A DNA stretch of 63,289 bases, counting the filler, from an uncultured Gemmatimonadota bacterium (GTDB lineage Bacteria; GCA-2686955): NCBI GenBank assembly GCA_964490075.1. It is 5 parts of 5 records of this genome, joined end to end, with 100 filler letters (N's around TTAATTAATTAA, not from the genome) between each part and the next. Parts side by side here need not be neighbours in the genome. Positions count along the whole stretch, not along the records: positions 55,715 to 63,289 come from CAZBBK010000110.1; 4 more parts are not named here. One strand, given 5' to 3'. Under the pieces are notes generated by a model. The model was not told where the DNA came from and did no database searches. It saw only the letters and a program-made list of their open reading frames with translations. Shown here piece after piece: positions 56,003 to 63,289 of this stretch (position 1 is its first letter; each line of letters opens with the position of its first letter). A program made the translations under genes and the position numbers.

Positions 56003-56566
56003 TCAAGAGGTGACCCGTTCGATGTACTCGCGCGACCGCGTGTCGACACGGATCTTCTCGCCCACGTTGAGGAAGAGCGGGACGTTCACGGTCGCTCCGG
56101 AAGAGATGGTCGCCGGCTTCGATCCTCCCGTGGCGGTGTCGCCCCGCACGCCGGGATCGGTGGCGATGATCTCTGCTTCGATGAAGTTGGGCAGCTCGAC
56201 CATCAGCACGCGCTCGTCCTTCATCAGGAGCGTGATGCTCAGATTCTCGATCAGCAGATCGGTCGCGTTGCCGAAGGCACTGGCGTTGACCGGGATCTGC
56301 TCGTAGGTCTCTTCGTCCATGCAGTAGTAGAGATCGCCCTCGGAGTAGAGGTACTGGAATCTTCTTCGTTCGAGTCGAACTTCGGTCACCGATTCGCCGG
56401 CCCGGAAGGTGTGGTCGACCACCGCTCCGGTCTCGACGTTCTTCAGCTTGGTGCGCACGAAGGCGCCGCCCTTGCCCGGCTTCACGTGCTGAAACTCGAC
56501 GATGCCGTAGTAGCCCTTCTTGAACTCCATGACGAAGCCGTTGCGAAAGTCGGAAGTGGATGCCAT
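56003..56566 (-). CDS. efp: elongation factor P
   Basis: HVKPGKGGAFVRTKL, PGVRGDTA, VPLF. Confidence 0.97.
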   Translation of the reverse strand: MASTSDFRNGFVMEFKKGYYGIVEFQHVKPGKGGAFVRTKLKNVETGAVVDHTFRAGESVTEVRLERRRFQYLYSEGDLYYCMDEETYEQIPVNASAFGNATDLLIENLSITLLMKDERVLMVELPNFIEAEIIATDPGVRGDTATGGSKPATISSGATVNVPLFLNVGEKIRVDTRSREYIERVTS

Positions 56567-56570
56567 GTGC

Positions 56571-57416
56571 TCATACTCCTGAAGCGGAGGGAGGAGCGGT
56601 CGACGACCGATCGTTCCCCTGCTCTTCGAGGCGCTCTTCCAGCCGCTGAATCCGCTGCGCCACCGTGTCGTCGTTGGGTCGCAGCTGTGCCTGTTTGCGG
56701 TAGATCTTCATGGCCTGGTCGTAGAGCCCTTGCTCGACGTAGATGTCGGCCATGGTCAAGGTCTCGATCGGTGGATCGGCGCGGGCGAGAAGCTGATCGT
56801 CGAGGCTCGGGGGCGGCGCGACGGGCGGTGCGGCGACGACCGGCTCGGGGGCGGTGGCCTGCGGGGGGCGATCGGGAGGCGCCGGGTTGGGGGGGCGGCC
56901 GGCTCCGCTCAGCAGCGGCGTGGCGGCCGCGATCTCCTCCGGCAAGGCAGCCGGCGGGCCCAGGATCTCTTCGACGGCTCGCGCACCAGCCGCGATCCAG
57001 CGGTCGGCGTCGTCGGCCGGTGCTTGCTCGAAGGCCGGAGCCTCGGGAACCTCGGGCTCGATCTGGGCCTGCAGATCCAGCACCGCCAGGTCGAGCGGTC
57101 TGAGCTTGCGCAGATGGGCGCAGAGCGCGCGCGCCGAGTCATGCTCCCCCAGGCCCCGCAGCAGCTCGCAGAGCAGAACCGCGGCTCGCTCGTCTCCCGG
57201 GGCCAGCTCCACGGCCGACTCCAACATCGAGCGCGCCTCGTCGCGGCGCCTCGCCTCGATATAGGCGGCGCCCAGCAGAGTGCGGGCGGTCGCGTAGCTC
57301 GGCGCCTGCCCCACCAGCTCCTCGAGAGGTGGAATCGCGCGCGCCCAGTCGCCCGTGTCGAGCATCCGGCTCGCCACCCGGGCTCGCGCCCAGGGTGCCA
57401 TCCTGGTCGGCTCCAT
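56571..57416 (-). CDS. TPR-repeat protein
   Basis: TPR helices, Pro-rich linker, TLTMADIYVEQGLYDQAMKIY; start uncertain. Confidence 0.75.
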   Translation of the reverse strand: MEPTRMAPWARARVASRMLDTGDWARAIPPLEELVGQAPSYATARTLLGAAYIEARRRDEARSMLESAVELAPGDERAAVLLCELLRGLGEHDSARALCAHLRKLRPLDLAVLDLQAQIEPEVPEAPAFEQAPADDADRWIAAGARAVEEILGPPAALPEEIAAATPLLSGAGRPPNPAPPDRPPQATAPEPVVAAPPVAPPPSLDDQLLARADPPIETLTMADIYVEQGLYDQAMKIYRKQAQLRPNDDTVAQRIQRLEERLEEQGNDRSSTAPPSASGV

Positions 57417-57420
57417 GCTG

Positions 57421-58590
57421 CTAGCCCACCAGCTTCGCCGCGGCGGAGGCCGGGATCGGTGCATCCTCGAGCCGGCTCTCGGGGCGGGCGCCGCGCAAGG
57501 TGCGCAGCAGCGCGGCCCGAATCGCCTGCGGCTCGAGATGATCGTAGACGCCGGCCACGCCGGGTTCGCGCACCAGCACGAAACGCGGCCGGCCGTTGCG
57601 CACCTTCTTGTCGTGGCGCATGGCACCCAACAGCTCGTCGGGATCGACGTCGGGCAGAGTGGTCGGCAGGCCGACCGAACCGATCATGCGGCGCAGTCGC
57701 GGCCCGGTCTCGGGCAGGGCCCCCCCCTCGATCTCGGCGAGATGGGTGGCGAAGGCCATGCCGACCGCCAGAGCCTCGCCGTGCGTGGGACCGTGCGGCA
57801 GCAAGAGGGTCTCGAGCGCCCCCGCCAGGGTATGGCCGAAATGGAGCAGCTCCTGATCGCCTTCGCTGTGCGGATCGTTCGACACGATCGCCGACTTGAG
57901 CCGCAGCCCGCCTTCGATCGCCGCGTCTAGAGCATCGTGATCGCCGTCGAGCAGTCGCGACGACGACTCCTCGAGCAGCTTCAAGTAGCTTTCGCTCGCC
58001 ACCGCGCCGAACTTGATCGCCTCGGCCAGACCGCAGGCCAGCTGCCCGCGGCGCAGCGTGATCAGCAGATCGGGATCGACCACCACCGCCCGCGGATGGT
58101 GAATCGTGCCGACGTTGTTCTTGCCGGGGGCCACGTTGAGCGCGCACTTTCCGCCGACCGCCGCATCGACTTGAGCGAGCAGCGTGGTCGGAATCTGCAC
58201 CGAAGTGATCCCGCGCAGGTAGTTGGCCGCCACGTAGCCGGCCAGGTCCATCACCACGCCGCCCCCGAGGCCGACCAGCAGGGCCGAGCGGTCGATCTCG
58301 CCGAGTGCCAGCTCGCGGAAGATCTCGGTCGCCACGCTCAGCTCTTTGGCCCCTTCTCCCGAGGGCACCCTGCGCAGGTCGACCCGGTAGCCAGCGGCTC
58401 GCAGGCTCGCCTCCACCCGGCCGCTGAACCTGGTGGCGGCCGTGCGGCTCATCAGGACCACCGCCGCCAGCCCGTCGTGACCGAGCTCGCGAATGGTCCC
58501 ACCGACACGGTCGAGCTGGCCGCGCCCGATCAGCACATCGGACGGCGACTCGTCGCCTACGATTTGAATTCGCCTCATGGGTCGGGACAT
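57421..58590 (-). CDS. aroB: 3-dehydroquinate synthase
   Basis: GEGAK, GGGVVMDLAG, PTTLLAQVDAAVGGK, FGHT, HGEA, HDKK. Confidence 0.95.
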   Translation of the reverse strand: MSRPMRRIQIVGDESPSDVLIGRGQLDRVGGTIRELGHDGLAAVVLMSRTAATRFSGRVEASLRAAGYRVDLRRVPSGEGAKELSVATEIFRELALGEIDRSALLVGLGGGVVMDLAGYVAANYLRGITSVQIPTTLLAQVDAAVGGKCALNVAPGKNNVGTIHHPRAVVVDPDLLITLRRGQLACGLAEAIKFGAVASESYLKLLEESSSRLLDGDHDALDAAIEGGLRLKSAIVSNDPHSEGDQELLHFGHTLAGALETLLLPHGPTHGEALAVGMAFATHLAEIEGGALPETGPRLRRMIGSVGLPTTLPDVDPDELLGAMRHDKKVRNGRPRFVLVREPGVAGVYDHLEPQAIRAALLRTLRGARPESRLEDAPIPASAAAKLVG

Positions 58591-58762
58591 GGGTCGCTCC
58601 GGAGCCCGGCGGGGGCGGAGATGGTCACGCTCCGTCCATCCGCATCGGCTGAACCGCGACCCAGGCTAGCACCGGCGCTCTTGGGGGGTCAACGCGGCTC
58701 GCGGGCCTCCGACCTCTCCACGGAAGGTCCCCATCCCGAGTCCAATCCCGCCTCTGCCCCGC

Positions 58763-59614
58763 TCAAAGATCGTCGAAGTCGAGCAGGTGCTCCTCGAGCA
58801 GGACCGTCGGATCGCTCTTCCACTTGGGCGCATTGGCGCGGCCCAGCTTCCAGCTCATCAAGCTGATCCAGCGCACGAAGCTATCGGCCGCCACCGCGTT
58901 GACCTGTTGCGGGTGCGATGCGAAGAAGTAGCCGTGCTGCGCATCGAGCGGGAAATCGATGCCGGAGTAGATATGCAGCTTGTAGGCGATCTGGTCGTTG
59001 CAGGCTCGCACCTTCTCCTCGATCAGGCGCGACACCGGGCTCAGCCGATCGACCGCCCCCACGCAGTCGAGGATGTCGGCGCGGATGGCGGAGATCTCCT
59101 CATCGGTCACGACCGGCAGGGTGGGGTAGACGAGGAACGCAGTCGAGATGGCGAGCTCCGGCATCTTGGCGATGGTCTCGAAGGCCATCTTGCCGCCCCA
59201 GCTGGTGCCGCAGATCGAAACGCTCCGCACTTCCGGATACGCCCACATCCGTTCGATCGCGGTGCGAATCTGGGCCAGCTGCTCCTGCTGGCTGTCCTTC
59301 TCGTCGTAGTTGATCGCGACCGAGATCCAGCCTCGCTCGGCCAGCGCCAGTTGATGCAGGCTCCAGTGGCTATCGTCCCTCTGATAGCCGTGCAGCAGAA
59401 TGATCGCGTCGTAGTTGCCGACATCGGGCGGCGCGTAGGCGGTGAAGCGTACCGGCTCCTGGTCCTCGACCGGGTAGTAGCCGGTCAACGATCGGGCCGG
59501 CGGAACGCGCAGCTCCGAGGACACCACGTCGGGCGCGACCGCCGGTGTTGCGGCGTGCGCCTGGCCGACCAATAATGGAAGCGCGATCCCCCAGGCGCAC
59601 AAGAACTGCCGCAA
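58763..59614 (-). CDS. secreted alpha/beta hydrolase (dienelactone hydrolase-like)
   Basis: signal peptide, IILLHG, nucleophile elbow GTSWGG, G..D, HGYF. Confidence 0.75.
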   Translation of the reverse strand: MRQFLCAWGIALPLLVGQAHAATPAVAPDVVSSELRVPPARSLTGYYPVEDQEPVRFTAYAPPDVGNYDAIILLHGYQRDDSHWSLHQLALAERGWISVAINYDEKDSQQEQLAQIRTAIERMWAYPEVRSVSICGTSWGGKMAFETIAKMPELAISTAFLVYPTLPVVTDEEISAIRADILDCVGAVDRLSPVSRLIEEKVRACNDQIAYKLHIYSGIDFPLDAQHGYFFASHPQQVNAVAADSFVRWISLMSWKLGRANAPKWKSDPTVLLEEHLLDFDDL

Positions 59615-59806
59615 GACCTGCTACTCCGGTCTAGGGTTCGACTCGCTTTCCGTGGCGTCTGATCGACCTGGAGCGAAACATCAAACTCCTACCATAGTCG
59701 AAGTGCGCGGGGCGCGCGCGGCTAAATTGCCTGGAGTAGAGGACCTCCGGACAAGGGTCGATATACTGTCTACAGCTACACTATATCGCGCAGGCGCAGC
59801 GACCTC

Positions 59807-60493
59807 CTAGCGCCAGCGCTCCTCTTGCCAGCCCCGGCTGCGCGAGGTCAGGCGCAGCAGCGGGCTCGGATTGACCACCACCGGCTCGCCCACCGCCTGC
59901 AAGAGCGGCAGATCCGATTCCGAGTCGGTGTAGAAGGTGGTCTGCGTGAGTGGAATGCCGACCGACTCCAGGTGCTCCCGGACCCTCTTCAGCTTCCCCT
60001 CTCCGAAGCAGAGCGGGTGTTGGAGCCTGGTGCTGATGACCCCGCCGAGGACCGCGCCGCGCGAACCGATCGCGGCATGGACCCCCAGGTGGCGGGCGAT
60101 CGCCCGCACGATGTAGATCGAAGAGCCGCTGGCCAGCACGCAGTAGCAATGGGGATCTCGCCGATAGCGCACCAGCTCGGAGACCCCCGCGTCGAAGATC
60201 AGGGACTTGACCCGCTGCTCGAAGCACTCCTGCGCCAGCCGATCGGCCTCGGTCTCGGTCAGGCCGGCCAGCAGGCGGATCCCGGTCTCCACGGCGGCCG
60301 GCTGTCCCGTCCCGGCGCGGATCATGTTGCTCCAGCGCCGTGCCAACGAGACCCATGACAACCAGCGGAAGGGGTAGCTGCGGGTCACGTGGGCGGCGAA
60401 GAGCTGGCCGGTCCAGCCGTCGACCAGGGTGTTGTCGACGTCGAAAACCGCCGCGCTGGTGTAAGTGGATGTCGTTGGGGAGGGGGGGTGCAT
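59807..60493 (-). CDS. HAD-IB family hydrolase
   Basis: FDVDNTL, ASGS, GEGK, YTDSESDLPLL, VVVNP. Confidence 0.9.
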   Translation of the reverse strand: MHPPSPTTSTYTSAAVFDVDNTLVDGWTGQLFAAHVTRSYPFRWLSWVSLARRWSNMIRAGTGQPAAVETGIRLLAGLTETEADRLAQECFEQRVKSLIFDAGVSELVRYRRDPHCYCVLASGSSIYIVRAIARHLGVHAAIGSRGAVLGGVISTRLQHPLCFGEGKLKRVREHLESVGIPLTQTTFYTDSESDLPLLQAVGEPVVVNPSPLLRLTSRSRGWQEERWR

Positions 60494-60555
60494 CAGGGAC
60501 CGTCCCGATTCCATCGCCGCATGCGGGGCCCGCCGTTGGTCCCGAAACAGGCCAC

Positions 60556-61662
60556 TCAGTCCCCCAGACTAATACCGAGATCCCGGGCTGTCTGCACCAG
60601 ATCTCCGTCCAGCGGCACGGTCTTGCGCCGTCGAATCGCCTCCGCCATCGGCACGGCCACGACCCGCGGCGGCTGCAAGGCCACCATGGTGCCGAAAGCG
60701 CGCATCTCCACGCACCGGACCGCGGCGGCTCCGAAGCGCAGGGCCAGAAGCCGGTCGTAGGCCGCCGGAACGCCGCCCCGTTGCAGATGCCCGAGCACCA
60801 GGTGCCGGCACTCCTTCCCGGTCGCGGCCTCGAGATCGCGCGCCAGCCGCTCGCCGATTCCGCCCAGCCGAGCCTCCTCGCGCCCGCCTCCGGCTGCTTC
60901 GACCGTGAGCTGCTCGCCCCCCGCCAGGGCCGCTCCCTCGGCCACCACCACGATCGAGAAATGGCGCCCGTGGCGCTCGCGATCACGGATCTTCTCCGCC
61001 ACCGACTCGATCGTGAAGGGGATCTCCGGGATCAGAATCGCATCCGCCGAGCCGGCGATGCCGCTGTGCATCGCGATCCAGCCGGCGTCGCGCCCCATGA
61101 CCTCGATGATCATCACGCGATCGTGGCTCTCCGCGGTCGAGTGCAGGCGATCGATCGCCTCGGTGGCGATGTAGCAGGCGGTCATGAAGCCGAAGGTGAA
61201 GAAGGTCGAGTCGACATCGTTGTCGATGGTCTTCGGCACGCCGACCACCGGCAGCCCGCGCATCGACAGCTCGTGGGCGATCGACAGACTGCCGTCTCCG
61301 CCGATCGCGATCAGGGCGTCGATGCCGGCCTGCTCGAAGGCATCGATCACATCGGCCGAACGATCGACCTCGACCAGGCTGCCCCCCTCGCCCGGCACCG
61401 GCCAGGAGAAGGGATTGCCGCGGTTCGAGGTGCCCAGGATCGTGCCGCCGGTGTGGGTGATGCCGCGGACAGAATCGCGGGTCATCTGGATCAGCCCGCC
61501 CTCGGCGCTGGCGAAGAGTCCCCCGTAGCCCTTCTGAATCCCCACGACCTCCCAGTCGCGCGCCAGGGCGGCCAGCACGACCGATCGGATCACCGCATTC
61601 AGACCGGGAGCGTCGCCGCCCCCCGTGTTCACCGCGATGCGGCGAATCTGCCCGGTTTTCAA
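60556..61662 (-). CDS. pfkA: 6-phosphofructokinase, probably ATP-dependent
   Basis: TGGGDAPGLN, GGDGS, PKTIDND, EVMGR, LGHLQRGG; TTG start after AGGAGGAGG. Confidence 0.93.
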   Translation of the reverse strand: MKTGQIRRIAVNTGGGDAPGLNAVIRSVVLAALARDWEVVGIQKGYGGLFASAEGGLIQMTRDSVRGITHTGGTILGTSNRGNPFSWPVPGEGGSLVEVDRSADVIDAFEQAGIDALIAIGGDGSLSIAHELSMRGLPVVGVPKTIDNDVDSTFFTFGFMTACYIATEAIDRLHSTAESHDRVMIIEVMGRDAGWIAMHSGIAGSADAILIPEIPFTIESVAEKIRDRERHGRHFSIVVVAEGAALAGGEQLTVEAAGGGREEARLGGIGERLARDLEAATGKECRHLVLGHLQRGGVPAAYDRLLALRFGAAAVRCVEMRAFGTMVALQPPRVVAVPMAEAIRRRKTVPLDGDLVQTARDLGISLGD

Positions 61663-61688
61663 GGGCCTCCTCCTGTTCGATAGCGACC

Positions 61689-63020
61689 GTGCGCGAGCAC
61701 CCATTGGAGCTCCCTCCGGGTGGCCGGCGGGTCGATTCTCGCATAGCATTGGCCGATTGGGGAGTTATCGGCACGATTCTTCTTTGCCTGCCCCATCTCG
61801 ACGGGGAGACCGCTCTGCGCTCGAAACTGCTCTGGATCGCTTTTCTCTGCGTCGCCCCAGGCTGCGGCGAGCCCACCACGCAGTCGATCGGTGAGGCGCT
61901 GCGGGCCGATCCCGAGATCGCCTCGTTCCAGGAGCGGACCGGTTTCGAGATCCCGGTGCTGACGGCGGAGCGCGGTTTCGTGACCCTCGGCCGGCCTTTC
62001 CCGGAGTCGCGCCCCGACCCCGACCTGCTGCGCGCGGTCGCCGGCGGCGCCATCGATCTCCACAACGCGCGCCAGGTCGAGCGCGAGACCGAGCGACTGC
62101 TGCGCAAGGCCGAGGCGATCGCCGCTTCGGAGCGGGGCGTGCGCCTGGTCTACTGGCGGCTGGTCGACTTCGAGCCTCCGAACGCGATCGGCGAACGCGG
62201 CGGAGCCGAGGTCTACGCCGAGCATTGCGAGCGCTGCCACGGCACGGAGGGTCGGGGCGATGGTCCCGAGGCCGGCGGGCTGCCGGTGGCGCCGACCGAT
62301 TTCGTCGCTGCTCGCTTCGACTGCCGGTCGACCGCCTACCTGACCCTGCCGGAGGACGAGGATCTGATCGGCATCATCACCGAGGGACTGCCGGCGACCG
62401 GAATGCCGGGCACGATCGCCATGACCCCCGGTGAGCTGAGCTCGCTCCTGGAGCAGGTCAAGCGTTTCTCTCGCCGCTGGTTGGACGAGGTCCCGGGGCC
62501 GGTGGTGCCGGTCACCCCGGCGCCCGCGATCGACGAAGAGTTCATCACGCAGGGGCGCTACGCCTACATGGTGATCGGCTGCTGGCAATGCCACGGCATC
62601 GAGGGCCGGGGCGACGGTCCGCTGCTGCCCTCGCTCGACCAGCCGATCCGTCCCTTCGGAGCCGAGGGATTCTTGTGCGGCGCCTCCTTGGAGAAGGTGC
62701 ACCGCACCTTGATCACGGGTACCGCGTCGCGCTGGATGCCGCCGGTCGAGGACGCCGATCTGACCTTCATCCGCGACAGCCTCGAAGAGCGTCTGATGGG
62801 CCATCGCCAGCATCTCGATACCGACGCCTTCCCGCTCGACAGCGCCTACTCGGAGCAGGAGATCGAGCAGCTTCGGGAGTACATCACGACCCTGCCCGTA
62901 TGGCGCCAGATCGACATCATGCCCGCCGAGGAGCTGGCGGTCCGCGTCGCCTGGCGCCGCTGGGCGCTGGCCGCCTACGTGGTGAGGGAGCTCGGGGGCC
63001 TGAGCGGCGAGGAAGACTGA
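61689..63020 (+). CDS. diheme c-type cytochrome, possible lipoprotein (start uncertain, perhaps near 61815)
   Basis: CERCHG..GRGDG and CWQCHG..GRGDG, each followed by a distal MP; LCVAPGC lipobox-like. Confidence 0.8.
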   Translation: MREHPLELPPGGRRVDSRIALADWGVIGTILLCLPHLDGETALRSKLLWIAFLCVAPGCGEPTTQSIGEALRADPEIASFQERTGFEIPVLTAERGFVTLGRPFPESRPDPDLLRAVAGGAIDLHNARQVERETERLLRKAEAIAASERGVRLVYWRLVDFEPPNAIGERGGAEVYAEHCERCHGTEGRGDGPEAGGLPVAPTDFVAARFDCRSTAYLTLPEDEDLIGIITEGLPATGMPGTIAMTPGELSSLLEQVKRFSRRWLDEVPGPVVPVTPAPAIDEEFITQGRYAYMVIGCWQCHGIEGRGDGPLLPSLDQPIRPFGAEGFLCGASLEKVHRTLITGTASRWMPPVEDADLTFIRDSLEERLMGHRQHLDTDAFPLDSAYSEQEIEQLREYITTLPVWRQIDIMPAEELAVRVAWRRWALAAYVVRELGGLSGEED

Positions 63021-63163
63021 GAGGCGCTCTTCATCCGGCGTTTCGACATAGCGCTTCGCGAGCGACGCACTTCGCGAAGAAGCGCGGGCCCAATGGGAGT
63101 TCGCGGGCCTTCGGGGCTCCATCCGCGGTTGGGGGGGGCGGTCTCGACCGGAGTTCCTCGCGT

Positions 63164-63212
63164 GTCCCTGCCCCTGCCCCTGCCTGAATCGGGCAGGGGC
63201 AGGGGCAGGGAC
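63164..63212. repeat. long inverted repeat built from CCCTGC hexamers
   Basis: GTCCCTGCCCCTGCCCCTGCCTGA-A-TCGGGCAGGGGCAGGGGCAGGGAC, 24-bp arms with one mismatch. Confidence 0.8.
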
Positions 63213-63289
63213 TCCTCACCATCAGGCAACGAAGAACTCCGGGGCTGTGACCCCGGACGCCTTCTAGAGGGGGATGGTCTTCGGGCGGT

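Noticed and set aside
60556-61662. PPi-dependent PFK suggested by PKTIDND
   Set aside because: GGDG rather than GGDD indicates ATP use; ordinary housekeeping gene

Overview
High-GC bacterial sequence made of five contigs joined by artificial 100-nt linkers (N44-TTAATTAATTAA-N44 at 14624-14723, 29035-29134, 42425-42524, 55615-55714), so neighbourhood arguments hold only within a contig. Contig 1: a translationally coupled four-gene cassette (unknown protein, two DUF2791/BrxD-like ATPases, one with a PcrA-type Tudor N-terminus, and an Lhr-like helicase) without BREX methylase or PglZ. Divergent from it lie a membrane Ser/Thr kinase, a GAF-sigma54 activator and a secreted LamG protein, with two sigma54 -24/-12 promoters, then an unexplained array of 17-20 bp repeats interleaved with IHF-like sites. 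Contig 2: archaeal-type gatE-gatD, a geranylgeranyl reductase-like/ferredoxin/NapH-NapG-like operon, and a large beta-helix/FlgD-Ig protein split by one in-frame TAG. Contig 3: fabH, a type II secretion cluster (gspEFGHIJKLMCD) and HEPN/MNT genes. Contig 4: an IS-like end, vapBC, an era remnant, an antiporter, peroxiredoxin, a glycoside hydrolase, cydAB and an NSS transporter. Contig 5: housekeeping genes (accB, efp, aroB, pfkA) and a diheme cytochrome c. No rRNA, tRNA or CRISPR array was recognised. All family calls come from motif recognition by eye, not database searches.
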